A stretch of DNA of 63,328 nucleotides, counting the filler, from Reticulomyxa filosa (taxonomy: Eukaryota > Protista > Foraminifera): the NCBI GenBank assembly GCA_000512085.1. It is 22 parts of 22 records of this genome, joined end to end, with 100 filler letters (N's around TTAATTAATTAA, not from the genome) between each part and the next. Parts side by side here need not be neighbours in the genome. Positions count along the whole stretch, not along the records: positions 12,104 to 15,642 come from ASPP01015328.1; positions 15,743 to 16,836 come from ASPP01044750.1; positions 16,937 to 18,540 come from ASPP01018092.1; positions 18,641 to 20,604 come from ASPP01006895.1; positions 20,705 to 23,232 come from ASPP01010755.1; positions 23,333 to 25,462 come from ASPP01007689.1; positions 25,563 to 27,385 come from ASPP01011274.1; 15 more parts are not named here. One strand, written 5' to 3'. A model generated the notes under the pieces. That model saw only the letters and a list, made by a program, of their open reading frames with translations, was not told the DNA's origin and ran no database searches. This document shows positions 12,920 to 25,654 of this stretch, piece by piece. A program made the position numbers and the translations under genes. How positions within the stretch are numbered: position 1 is the first letter of the stretch; each line of letters starts with the position of its first letter.

Positions 12920-13972
12920 ATGGGAAATAATACGAGTACTCCAAAACAAGTGAACAAAGAGATAAAGAAAAAATTGAATACAGAAGCGAAGCAAGCACAA
13001 CGACGTATAAATGGGCTATTGTTAGGTCCAGGCGGAAGTGGAAAGTCGACAGTGCTAAAGCAAATGTCAAAAATTTACAATGGATTCATAGAAGACAAAA
13101 AAATGGCAAATGCAGTGATAAGCATACGTAAGAACATAATTTATGATATGAGCGATATTTGTGTGACGTACTTAGAAGAACGAAGTAAAAACCAAAATGA
13201 GATAATTTTGAGCTGTGAACAAAATAAATTCGACCTCTTCTATCAATATGTATTGAATCAATATCCCAAAGACACAGACACGAACACGAGCACGAAAAGT
13301 GAAAAAAAAGAAGAAGTGAAAGACAAGAGCGATAAAAAGACGTCAGATAGCGATGTACTATTTAACAAAGAGGAAATGGAACCACTGATTGTTAAGTTTG
13401 CGCGAATGCAAGATACTCATCCCGATCACGCGATAATGCAGTTGAATCCAGTCCTAGCCAAAAAGATTGGCACTCTGTGGAAGTACCCTGGGATACAATA
13501 CGCATACGAGGTACGCAAATTGTCCCATGTCATGGACAACACTCCTTGGCTTTTGGACAGAGTCGAGACTATTGCGGATCCAAACTATGAGGGGTCTTTC
13601 GAGGCATATGTCCGATTGAGAGATCGAACGACTGGTTTTTTTTTTTTTTGTCCATTTTCTTGGGGTGAGAGAAAGAGAGAAAGAGAGAGAACATATATTT
13701 GTATACGTCATGAGTAATCCTTGTAAAAAAAAAAAAAAAAAAGAGAAAGGAGAAAGACAATAGCTTTTAAAAAAATTCATTTTTGACTGTTCTTTTTTTT
13801 TAAAAAAAAAATTTAATCGAACTGTTTGCTGAAGGCATCATTGAATGCAAATTCGAAATTGACACAAACAGTGGCAAACCATGGATTTTCCAAATTACCG
13901 ATGTCGGAGGTCAGTTTTGTGGGATGTATACAATGCATGGCACTCAACACAAAGACATATAAAAATGTCTAA

Positions 13973-14006
<34 letters not shown>

Positions 14007-14579
14007 GTATGTTCATAATATTCATATTTGTATGTTTATTAATGCAGGACAACGTGCTGAACGGCGCAAATGGATTCGTGTGTTCAAAGATAACATCGAT
14101 TTGATAATGTATGTGATGAGCTTGAGTTCTTATGATCAAGTGCTTTTCGAAGACAATACTACAAGATGCTATGATGAAACGTTCAAGGTATTTGAAGAGA
14201 TCTCACAAAATCCAATCTTTATGTACACTGATTTTGCAGTATTTTTCAACAAGGTTGATATTTTTGATGTCAAAATTGGTACAATTCCTTTTACAACTTG
14301 TGTCCCTACTTTCGATCCTCAATGGGCACACGCCGTAAAAAAATTGTTGGATACGTACGTGGGAAATTTGAAGCGATATTCAAAGAAAGCACCCAGACAA
14401 TGGTTAATAATGCAAATCCCAAAGACCTGAAAGACGATGATGCTGAGTTCAAACGACCACAACGAGATATATTTTTCCATGTCACTTGCGCAACAGACAC
14501 CAGGCAAATGCAACAAGTCATCAACGATGTGCAATTTGGCATTGTGCGTCGACAGTTGGAAACTGCAGAGTTAGCTTGA
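12920..14579 (+). CDS. Heterotrimeric G-protein alpha subunit (3 exons; one apparent homopolymer frameshift near 14340)
   Basis: MGNNTS myristoylation site, LLLGPGGSGKST, RDRTTG|IIE, DVGG|QRAERRKW, NKVD, HVTCATDT. Confidence 0.95.
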
Positions 14580-15182
14580 GACCTGCCAAATTGTGTGTAA
14601 TTTGTCATGTAATGTGGAGATAATTTTTTTTCTCCTTTTCTAATTTTTTTAAAAAATCTTTTCACAAACGCAAAGAGTTCTAGTACAGCCATTTCCTTGT
14701 TACTTTCTTAAGTAATTGCTGTACATTTTTTTTGTTGTTGATCGAAAATCTAAGAACGACAGTACTTTAACCACAAAATGTTTCGTAATAAATGCTAGTG
14801 CAACAAAAAAGATAACAACAATGAAGCAAATGTATAATTAGCCGTGAAAGAAAGATAAACCGAAAGTAGCAAATAGAATAAAAACACCCCGTAAAATATC
14901 AGTTCATACCCAGGAAAAAGTGGAGTTTTTAAAGAACATGAACAGAGATCACAAACAAGCTTTGCCAAAAGTGAGCAAGGTCACACAATATTTTACTAAA
15001 AAAAAAGTCATTTCAAACTTTGTTAAAAAAGATCTTTTTTTGAGGTATTGAAAAAACATTTTGTGTTAGGAAATGTCAGTGTAATTTGTGTGTGACCGTC
15101 GCAGCATTTGGAAAATTCCTGCTTTCACCTACATGCACACCTCCATGAATCGGGTTTGATGTTGTGCGATCAAGAGGCTGAT

Positions 15183-15600
15183 CTATTCTTGGTCTCCCCC
15201 AGACAATTCACGTTTCATAGTCTTAACTCTTTGGAAAACTTTCACAGCTTCAACTTTCTTTCCTATATTTTACACAATGTTTGCAGTCCCTCAAAACTGA
15301 GCAATGTGAACAATATTTAATCATATATTTGAAGCAAGTTATCTCAAACCTTTTGCGTTCAAATGTTTTGCTAAAGCTAAATCTCTTTCCATTGCCATTT
15401 TCACCTTGGCAGAATAAGCTTCTACAGATAGCAATCCAGTTTGCACTTGGACTTCAAGCGCTTGCTTTTGAGCAGTCAGCGTAGCAGCACGATCTGTTAG
15501 TTCATCTGGAACTGGTTTAGAACCGTATTGTTTTATTTGTTGTTCGCATGCCTCAAGCTCCTGCGAGATTACTTCAAATGACTCCATCCACATTACACTA
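15183..15600 (-). CDS. C-terminal helical domain of a CC2D1/Lethal giant discs-like protein (5' truncated)
   Basis: SFEVISQE..KPVPDEL..LEVQVQTG..EAYSAKVKMAMERDLALAKHLNAK, intron, then GKKVEAVKVFQRVKTMKRELSGGDQE*. Parallels the CC2D1A/B C-terminus. Confidence 0.6.
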
Positions 15601-15742
15601 TTTTTAAAAATCCGAGTGATTTTGTATTACCTTCTTTTTTTTNNNNNNNNNNNNNNNNNNNNNNNNNNNNNNNNNNNNNNNNNNNNTTAATTAATTAANN
15701 NNNNNNNNNNNNNNNNNNNNNNNNNNNNNNNNNNNNNNNNNN

Positions 15743-16302
15743 TCCACGCAGTCCAATGACGTCGTCACTCGAAACGACATTGTATTAAAGAATGCAAATA
15801 TTTGGACGAATTGAATCAATGTTTGCAAAACACTTGCGAGGAAACTATTGCTCTCATTCACTCCAATCTTGAGCCTTCCTCCATTTTGGAGTCTCTATAA
15901 TTCAAGGAAATTTTCATGAATTGTCCTTATCGCGTCGATCTATGGAACTGGAAACTCGTCTATTCCACTCAAAGAGATGGCATTAGTATCAATACCTGCT
16001 ATGATCATGCGTTGATGTCACCGACTCAATCCTTTTAATCAAGGACAAACACGGTCATGTATTTGGAGCCTTTGTCGACGCTCCATGGATTAATTGCAAA
16101 GACATATATCGTCGCGTTTACAAATCTTGTGGACTTCAAAAATTCTTCTTGCGCTATGATATATCATCTATCACTGTGGGCACGGGTGAATGTACATGCT
16201 CTGTACTTTGATGCCGATTTCAATTTGGGCAGAACTGTACAATGTGCCACATTTAATAGTTCTCCGCTTACTTTTGTAAATATTTTTCCATTTCTTCTTT
16301 AG
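15743..16302 (+). pseudogene. Degenerate TLDc (OXR1-like) domain gene
   Basis: WKLVYSTQRDGISINTCY, LIKDKHGHVFGAFVDAPW and ALYFDADFNLGRTVQCATFNSSPL occur in different frames, with stops and missing segments. Confidence 0.7.
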
Positions 16303-16936
16303 AAATTTTTGCTGTAAAACAGTAGTCACAAATCTCGTTTATTGTTTGTGATGTTGCTGTCAACATTAATCCCCATCGTGCAAGTGCAAATGCCTAACGG
16401 ATTAGCTCTTGTTTTTTTAATATTTTTATTTGTTCTTCTTTTTTTACATTTTCATGAATATCAATTTTTTTTGTGCCCACTCGAAATTAATTTAGAATAA
16501 ACACTTTCAAGATTCTGTTGGTAAACAAAAAATTTAACATCTTTCTAATTGCAGACAAAATTTGTTATTGATGCACTTTTTTGATAATTTTGATACTGAC
16601 TTAACTAAAAAGAACAAACATTCCAATGAGTCACAGACTTTGCGCGGTATGGATAACTCGACCGCAAATATTGTTCAAAAAAATATTGGGACCCCGCAAC
16701 ATCATCAGGTCAGACCAATGCATGTCGCATGGCCTGGTAGTCTGTTTAAAGATATTTCTAAGCCTCCCCTGCTATATATTTCTTTATGAGATATATAATA
16801 GGGCTGAGGCTTTCTCATTTCTCTATGGCCTTCAACNNNNNNNNNNNNNNNNNNNNNNNNNNNNNNNNNNNNNNNNNNNNTTAATTAATTAANNNNNNNN
16901 NNNNNNNNNNNNNNNNNNNNNNNNNNNNNNNNNNNN

Positions 16937-17352
16937 TTTCCTTTATAATTGCATTCATTTTCGTGTTCTTCTTTTGGTTGCTTCTTTTTCAAATCGTATT
17001 GTCGAGGACATATTATCAATAAATCTGAAACTTGTTGTATCAAAGATTTATTCTTTATAAATTCGCAATGATCGTGTTGTTGAATTGGACATTTGCCATT
17101 GCTTTGTTTTAAATACACTTGCAAACATTCTTCTCCTACCAAATATACTTGTCCTGCATTTTTATGCTCATTGCATTGCAATTCCACTACGTTATTTGCA
17201 ATTTGTTTGCAAATGCAACAGATTAAATGGTTCAAGTTCTGTTTGTTGTTAGTTAATAAAACCCAGTCTTTGTTATAACAACCAGAACTGGAAAATGTTT
17301 CTTTTTCCTTTTCCAACTTTCTTTCATCTCTTTCAACATTCAAGATTAACAT
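16937..17352 (-). CDS. RING/TRAF-type zinc-finger protein of a lineage-expanded family (3' truncated)
   Basis: ICCICKQIANN..C..H..EECL..KCPIQQHDHC..IICPRQ..ECNYKG Cys/His pattern. Confidence 0.75.
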
Positions 17353-18376
17353 TATCCTTTTCTTTATTATGATTAAGAGTTTTTTTCTCCAAAAAAAAAA
17401 GTTGTGTTTTTATAAAGTGATTAATATTATTAGACAGCAAAGATTTAATCTGCATTTACAATATTTTGTTAATTTTGTGATTAAATGGAATGAAAAAAGT
17501 AACAGTTGAGTGTTTTGTACATTCAATTTCCGAAAGCTAAAGATTGAAGACAGTTTCAATAAAAGAACAGATTAATAATAAACGTGACGTTGTGGCACAA
17601 TGAGGAGTATATACAATTAGATACATATTTATTTGAATTTTATTATGTATCAAAGTGCATCATATTTCTATTGCAATTATCCATTGCGTTCTTTTTTTTT
17701 TTTTTTTGGAAATACCTTATTTATTTCGAGAAAAACACGAATATTATAAAAGCTTGAAATATTGAATCTTTTCAAAGAGTACAACAATAAATATAAAAAA
17801 AATTTTTGCTATAAATTTGAAATTCATCAAGAATGTACTACAATCAACAACTTAAAAAAAAAAAAAAAAAGATTCTCCTAAAATGAATATCTATGCACCG
17901 TGGAGAACCCAAAAATATATCTTTCACTGTGCGTAGATATTATTTAAAAAAAGAATTTTGAATAACACATGAATGCTGCCTTTTTTTTTTTTTTTAGCTG
18001 TTGATTGTAAGTTAATGTTGATATAATTATTATAACAGTAAAATCAATGAAAGAAAAACATTATATATGAAATTTTGAAAAATAAAAGGAGAATGGTAAG
18101 AAATAATGAAAGCAAAATCATTGAAGAACAATTTAAATTAAAGTATGAATTTTAAACAATAAATTGCTGATTTTTAAAAAAAATGCTATTCTAAATGTTT
18201 TTAAATTGTTTTTACATATTTATCCAAAGAACGACGAATATGAAATGTTTCTTGAATGACATATGCAATTTTTTGTTTTATTAATCAAATAAAAAATATC
18301 CATGTAAAATATTTTTGTTTTCTCAAAAAGGATCATGTCACATCCACTTTTTCTAAAAAAATTAAAACTTAAGAAC

Positions 18377-18540
18377 ATGGGCAATCAAACTATAACACAA
18401 AACTCTTCTAAAAGAGAGCTTAAACAAACCAAAAAAAAAAATCAACAAATTAATACCTCCTTTCAAACTTTGAAGGAGTTACCCACTCTACTTTCTCAAG
18501 TTCAATGTGTGTGTGTGTGTGTGTGTGTTATACAAACACG
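18377..18540 (+). CDS. N-terminus of a lineage-expanded Kelch-like repeat family protein (fragment)
   Basis: MGNQ..TSFQTLKELPTLLSQVQCV, a recurrent N-terminus in Reticulomyxa hypothetical proteins (from memory). Confidence 0.45.
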
Positions 18541-18949
18541 NNNNNNNNNNNNNNNNNNNNNNNNNNNNNNNNNNNNNNNNNNNNTTAATTAATTAANNNN
18601 NNNNNNNNNNNNNNNNNNNNNNNNNNNNNNNNNNNNNNNNAAAAAAAAAAAAAACGGACTTTTTGTTGTTGAGACAAAAATAAACCGCTTGCTTTCAAAG
18701 ATTTTTCAAAACAAAACAAACAGAAAGATTCAATTACCAAAATCCAGTTCCCAAGGCGTGCAACAACAAGCAAAACTGCACGAACTACTGCGGAGAGAAA
18801 ATTACTTTATCAAACAAAAAAGCACGTCAAGACCATTTCAAAAGGAAAGAAAAAAAAATTAGCCGAAAATGAGGGGTCGGTCACACTTGCTAACTAACGC
18901 AAAAAAAAAAAAAAAAAAGCTAACCAAAAAATTATTTTTGTATTTGAGA

Positions 18950-20240
18950 GGGATGCACATTTATTCGTCCGTTTTTCAAATCACTAAAGTTTACCTTCCA
19001 TCTTTGTTGTTTTGCAGTTTCCACAAGCATCTGTTCATGTATTGAAACGATTTTTATGGACATATTATTTTAAAAACAAACAAAACAAAAAATACACCAC
19101 CGACCTGATTCTTATGAATCTCGATAACTGTTCCTCGTCTAGATCTGTTTTCTTTCAATAAGTGAATTTTGACTCTGTTGCCAGTGCAAACAACTTGATC
19201 ATCGATTTTCACAGATGTTGGTCCTAATACAGTTACTTTTTGCTGTGAGGATGGACTCACCGACATTTCTTCACGATACTATTTTTATCATTGTCAAAAT
19301 GTGACACGCTTAAACATATATATATATATATATATACATATATATGTATATAGAAACATATATTTATATATAATAACAATTCAATAAGATGAAACATGAA
19401 CGAAACTGAAATGAGCTTTCGTGATCTTCTGCGTTTCTTTGAATTGATAGTGCACAAAGGATCATTTAAGAATCCCAAAGGTGCCAACCCATGCATATTG
19501 GCATGGATTTGATACAGCAGAGATTCATCAACGCTGGAATCGGATTCGACTCCTTCTTTGCACTAGCCGATTTGTGGAGCTCTGAATTTCCAGTTGCCTC
19601 ACTTGCAACATGGCCACTGGATTGATTGTGCGAGTGTGCCGCAGCGCGTTGCTTTCGCTTCATCATGCGGGTCATACGTGGCAATGATGGCGGGTTTTCA
19701 CTTTGATTGATCCCTCGACGGTGTTCGGTCAGCATTGCATCCAGATCAGCCCTTAATTCATTGTGATTTAATCCAAAGCGATACTTATGCACTGTATTGT
19801 GTTCCCATATATATATATATATATATATATATGCATATACTCTTTATTTTATTTTATTAAAAAAAACAACAACAACAACAAAACAAAATAAAAGTCCGTT
19901 CCCATTGAATGATATGTAATGAAATTTGCAACAGCAACAGCAAAGAAATGAGTCAAATCAATGAACAAAAAGAGTTGATTTACATTTAAGTTTGGAAGCG
20001 TTTGGTTTAGAAAGCTGCGGATTTTCGATCAATGTATTTTTCCAATTTGAAAAGAGGTTAGTAATTTCAGTTTGGAATTGTTGATACGTGAAATTTGCAG
20101 TTCGCCGAATTCGAAGTTTTATTGCAGAAATTTTCTGTTTTTCTGTTGCATTGTGTTGCGTCGTGTCACTCCGTTCTGTTACAAAGTCGCATCCGACGAA
20201 GCAAAAGTGTTGAGGCATTTCTGTAGTGATTCAGTTATTT
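18950..20240 (-). CDS. Multi-exon hypothetical protein, weak Sds3/BRMS1-like resemblance
   Basis: Exons include YRFGLNHNELRADLDAM and a beta-rich VKIDDQVVCTGNRVKIHLL..RGTVIEI; basic NLS KKRRRSRK. Confidence 0.35.
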
Positions 20241-20566
20241 TCCCCCCCCCCCCCCCATATATATATACATACATACATACACATAACACACATTTTTATT
20301 TTTATTTTTTTAAATAAAAAAAAAAAAAAGACTGGATTATACAATGTATCTTTTTTTTTCAACTCTTATGTTTATGCAAACGGACTCTAATTCGATTCAT
20401 TTCTTTCAAAATGTTATCTTTCACCAATTGCTTCTTTTTCTTTATTTTGTTTTTTTTTTTTTGTTTCATTTTGTATCAATTCAAATCAAATAAAGAAATG
20501 GAATCAAGTCCAAAAAGTTTTGCAAAGGATGTATGTAATGCCCCTTGTCCTTGCCCCCCTTTTTTT

Positions 20567-20600
<34 letters not shown>

Positions 20601-20703
20601 ATAGNNNNNNNNNNNNNNNNNNNNNNNNNNNNNNNNNNNNNNNNNNNNTTAATTAATTAANNNNNNNNNNNNNNNNNNNNNNNNNNNNNNNNNNNNNNNN
20701 NNN

Positions 20704-21189
20704 NGCAGTCGCAGTAATAGTCGTAGTCGTAGTCGTAGTCGTAGTGAGCATCAGAGCGATAGCAGTGACAGCACTGACTGTGATCGTCGTAGCCATAGTC
20801 AGAGTAATAGCTATGGCCATAGTCATAGCAGTTATTCCAATTCTAATTCTAATTCGATCCAGTCCAAAGAGGTCCGAAAAGAAGACAGAGGAGACAAAGA
20901 ACGAGAACAACACAAACTCAAAGACCAATCCAATTGCAAAAAAACTTTCCAAAAATATAATTCTCACAAAGATACCAATGACAACAATGTTGATATGTCT
21001 TCACGTCCTCGCAACTTACACGATACCTCCTCCACAGATACCACTCGCGTGTCAACGTCAACCTCATCTTCTCTCTCCCACTCACGCTCAAGATCACGGT
21101 CACGATCGCGATCAAGGTCAACATCATATTCACGCTCTTACAATGAGTCTATTGAACATAGAGACGAAAAAAAAAGAGTTCCACATTAA
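20704..21189 (+). CDS. C-terminal RS/Ser-rich region of an unknown protein (5' truncated)
   Basis: Frame reads SRSRSRSRSEHQSDSSD..SHSRSRSRSRSRSRSTSYSRSY..RVPH*. Confidence 0.65.
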   Translation, partial: XSRSNSRSRSRSRSEHQSDSSDSTDCDRRSHSQSNSYGHSHSSYSNSNSNSIQSKEVRKEDRGDKEREQHKLKDQSNCKKTFQKYNSHKDTNDNNVDMSSRPRNLHDTSSTDTTRVSTSTSSSLSHSRSRSRSRSRSRSTSYSRSYNESIEHRDEKKRVPH

Positions 21190-22221
21190 ACACAAACTTT
21201 TGTTATACGTACCAAATCGCTTTTTTTTCCCCCCCCCCCCCCCACTCTCTTCATCTGTTTTATTTTCAATGTTCATGATTCAACTATTATTGGTTGATTT
21301 TTTTTTTTTTTTTTTGGCAAATTATGTTTCTTTCACACACTCAAAACAGTTTCTAAGCTTTGTAGCAAGTTCATTTGAGTTCTTGTTGTTGTACTGCCTT
21401 AAGATAAAGTACTCTCAGCAATGATTTGCTCTGGTCGACAATGCAATTTTTAAAAAAGTTGCACAAAATCTATTTTACATTGTCTCGCAACGCATAGGCA
21501 TTGCTTTTTCATAATACTGGAAAAATTAGAATATATTAAATTCACAAGCTCTCAAAATGACGACTTTTTGTTGAATGTAAAAAGATTATTGGATCATGTA
21601 CAAATCATTACTTTGCCTTTTTATCAAATGAGTTTTGTCTTTCATATGGCATATTATTGTACAAATAATATTAAATCTTAAAAAGTTAACAACTATTACG
21701 GCTAAATAAAGTCGAAGATATATTATATAATAGAAAAACTAGCGCAAATACGCACCTCATATTGATATCGCTTCTGCAATCTATTCAATGCCAAGCAATG
21801 TAAACGATTACCACCTAAGCATAATATAATGTATTTATTACTAATAAAACAACATTTGATTTTTTTATTATATTTTTAACTTTATGCTATTCGAATGATT
21901 GAATCAAAATTATTTTGCAAAGTATATCCATTTAACATCTGGATCATTCAATACGAATTACTCAGATTTTTTACAATACCATCAATACCTTTATATAAAA
22001 ATGCGTTTAGCAAGCGAAAAGTGATGTTGAATATTATTTTGCAAGCGGGAAAGCTAGAATTAGTGTTTATATGTAAGACTGATCAAGTGGAGAATTGAAA
22101 CGTATTTTGAAAACTTGGCTCAAAAGTAAATAGCTTTAAAATACTATTTTGCACGTCGGTTGTACAAGGGAAAGAAGGTTGAAGACGATCTCGTAAAACT
22201 ATTGATCAATATATATTAATT

Positions 22222-23232
22222 AATGGGCTCATGTTTTGGCAATGCCCCTCCACCGTCTGACTCCCCTCTGAGTGTTGACGACGGTGAAACACGTTTTGGG
22301 TTCGACGCAACTGACAAGGACGCAAAAGTACGTTCTAAGTAGGAGCAAACACGTTTAAAAGCAGACAAAATCAACACAAATAAAACTAGTCCAATGAAAG
22401 CTTTAGGGAGCGTGCAAAAAAAAAACAAAAAAATAAATAAAGAAGGGCTCGAAAGACGTTGTCTATTTTTCGTCCGATGCCAATAAAGAACAGCCACAAA
22501 CTGACAGCAAGACGTATCCACCAGTATCCATTTCTGGCAAGCAACCGACAATCTCATCCGTAACGCAAATGAGCAAGGCAAGTTTGTTTCCCCTCCCGCC
22601 CCCTTTATTTTTGTTATGAAATGATAAAACGTATACTGCATGCATATAATTTTTTATCTGATGTTATACATTTTTGGGGGGGGAAAAAAAACTAAATGAA
22701 AGAAATGGTGAACGAAAATATCTTGCCCGAGCAATCGGAAGAGAAGTTGAGATTGCTTGAAGAAGTTGAAAAGGCTAGCACAGAAGGACCAACCAAAGAG
22801 AAAGAAAAAGCGGAAGAAAGCCACGTGCCGAATTTTCCCAACGGGGAGACCCAACCTGTAATGACTGCAACGACGACATTGAACCCACCTGACGTGGCAA
22901 TGACACATGACACTGTGCAAACAAACGAAAAGAAAAAGGAAGAAGAAGAAGAAATGGATAAAGAAGAGAACCGGAACAAAGAAAAGGACGGGAATGACTC
23001 ACAGTCGGTGTCGATGCGTCCAACACAGGCGGGTATGTGGGCCAAGTTTGAAACGAATTTGGATAAGTCCCACTGCACTCCTGCCTACTTGGATTACCTT
23101 CAAAAGGTAAAACATCGCGAGCAATCGCGACAGGCTGTCATCCAAGAAAAGGCTGTCCATGACAAACATGAAATTAAGAAATAGTTATTAGTTTTGAAGA
23201 TATAACTGCTATATACATATTTTTTTTTTTTT
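22222..23232 (+). CDS. Hypothetical protein with MGSC dual-acylation N-terminus (spliced)
   Basis: MGSCFGNAPPPSDSPLSVDDGETRFGF at 22222; acidic exon 22696-23184. Confidence 0.55.
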
Positions 23233-23332
23233 NNNNNNNNNNNNNNNNNNNNNNNNNNNNNNNNNNNNNNNNNNNNTTAATTAATTAANNNNNNNNNNNN
23301 NNNNNNNNNNNNNNNNNNNNNNNNNNNNNNNN

Positions 23333-24169
23333 TGTGTGTGTGTGTGTATGTGATAAAAAGATTTTACCTTTTTCGGAAAAAAGCGAGTCGGCATAGGGCG
23401 TAAATGGAGTGGTCGCGTCAGCTGCACCTTTGTTGTGCTGGGACTGAAGCTGGAGGAAATACTTTTGCAACACTTGCTCGTAAATGCTGAGGTTGGAATA
23501 CTTGATCAACTCGGAAGGGATGTTGTGATCCTCTTCGACTAGGTCGTCGTGGAGCTTATGAAAGTCGGGAATGGCCTCGTGCTTGGATGGGTGTATCAAT
23601 ACCATGTCCAGACCTCCTGTTGTCCCTTGATGGTCGTCTTTCTTCTCTTGTCGTTCATTCGCCTTGTTCGGAGACACGCGATAGTAGTGTTCCATTTCCT
23701 TGTCGATTGACAATAGTCCTGAATGATCCACTGCTTCTTCTTCTTCTTCTCCTCCTCCTCTTCTTCTTCTTCTTCTTCTTCTTCTTCTTTCTTCTTCTCC
23801 TTCTTCTTCTTCTTTTCCTTTTTCTTTTTCTTTCACTTTTACTCTTGTGCTTACTTTTTCTTTCTCTTTTCCTATCTCGTCTTCCTCGGCTTTCAACTTG
23901 TGTTTTGTTCTCGACTTAACTTCTCCGTCTTCGTCGTTCATCTGCTCTTGGTCTTGTGTTGTCACATTTTCTTGCTTTTCTGACTCTCCATTTCTCCTCC
24001 TTTCCTGCTTTATTGCTGAGTCTACGCTGCCATCTTCTACCCGATTCTCATCCGTTACCGCCTCGTTAACTGAATTCTTTTGCTGCAGTTCAGCAAATAT
24101 ATCATGCACTTCTCTCACGTTATCCTCAAAGATATCATCTTCGGATGAAGAATATGCATCTCGAGACAT
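23333..24169 (-). CDS. Hypothetical acidic/charged protein, N-terminal exon (3' truncated)
   Basis: Long ORF from ATG 24169. The poly-R stretch over the (CTT)n repeat is probably a local frame slip of poly-E. Confidence 0.6.
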
Positions 24170-24521
24170 TCAAAGAGTATGTTGTGTATATATATATATA
24201 TATAGTAATAAACAAACTATGTGCGGTGATTTCCGACGTTCAATTACTGCTCCCCAAAACGTTTTGACCAGAGGATATAAAAAAAAGCGAAAAAGTTTAC
24301 GGACAAAGACCTCTAATTCAACCGCAGCTTTTTTTGTTTTGATGGGATAAAAATGACTTTATTGAACTACAAAATTTATCCTGATTGAAAAGTGTTTACA
24401 AAACAACAAGAGGGGGGTGCAATAGAATGCACGCTCCTTCTCATCATTTTCGGAGATTAATTGGAAATATTTCTCTTTATAGACATGTGTCAGGCGCACG
24501 TATGTTCGTTTTACAAAAGGA

Positions 24522-25462
24522 ATGGATGACAACAGAGCCAGCAAAGAAAAGACGTGTGCGGCATTCGAGCGCACGAAAAGGAGCCCCAAATGAAAAGGCG
24601 AGCAGCATAGCGAATGTGGAACCAAAAACGGTGAAAATAGCAAAAAAAGGAAAAGCAGCAAGAATATCTAAAATAAAAAAAGGAATGAATCAACCAACAG
24701 CAAAAACATCGAAATTGGAGAAAATAAAAGCAAGCAATCTCTCGAAATTTCCAAAAATTTCTGACACCAAAAGCCCTCGCTTTATTGAATTAGTTCAGTC
24801 GCGAGAGAGAGAAAAAAAAAAGGATCAAACTACCAACAAACCAATAAAAAAAAAAAAAAAAACCAAAAACGTAATCAAATAGCATTTGCACATGGAAGGT
24901 AGCATTCCACCACATTTGCTATGGCAAGCCTATGAAAAGAAAAGAAACGAGAAAGTATGTAATCTCCCAAATTACAACAGCATGGAAGAGATGCTACAAG
25001 ACATCCAATTATTGAAAGATCACACAAGCGATATGACAAGCCACGTGAGTAACGCTACGGGCGAAAGCGGAGAGGCGTTATACAAGACACTGGACAAGGT
25101 GTACTCGATCATCAAAGGGGAGCTGTCGATTCTTGAGGAGAGCGCATACGAGATCTGTCGAATGCAACAGCAAAATTTGGTGCGATACACCGAACTTCGG
25201 GTATCCCCTCATTTGTTGTCCGGCGTCGTTACCAATGATCGACACACCCTGTCTTTGGACGAGTTTGGGAGGCTGCCTTCGACACAACGCCATAAACTTT
25301 TGGATCAAACGCAACCCGATAGCGACGATGATATCACAAACGAAGACCAATCAAATGATTATCCATCCCAGTCATTGACAAATGTTACTCATGCAATCAA
25401 AGTTAATTACTTTCACAACAATTCATATACTAACACATATACACATATATACATATATATAT
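24522..25462 (+). CDS. Hypothetical nuclear protein with NLS and a weak degenerate bromodomain-like segment (3' truncated)
   Basis: PAKKRRV NLS; YNSMEEMLQDIQLL resembles the bromodomain Y-x-S-x-E-E-x-x-x-D-x-x-L helix but the conserved Asn is absent. Confidence 0.45.
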
Positions 25463-25654
25463 NNNNNNNNNNNNNNNNNNNNNNNNNNNNNNNNNNNNNN
25501 NNNNNNTTAATTAATTAANNNNNNNNNNNNNNNNNNNNNNNNNNNNNNNNNNNNNNNNNNNNAAAAACAGTTTGTTTTTTTTAATTGTACAAAGAAAAAG
25601 ACAAGAAAATGGTTGAAAAGATTAAAAAAATATTAAAAGATGATAAATATGATT

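Noticed and set aside
14330-14345. Programmed frameshifting in G-alpha, HPPK-DHPS (about 55598), fpr, E2 (about 46510-46530) and SLC35F5
   Set aside because: Most slips sit in or beside homopolymers or near contig ends, in otherwise conserved genes. Sequencing indels are the simplest explanation; raw reads would confirm.
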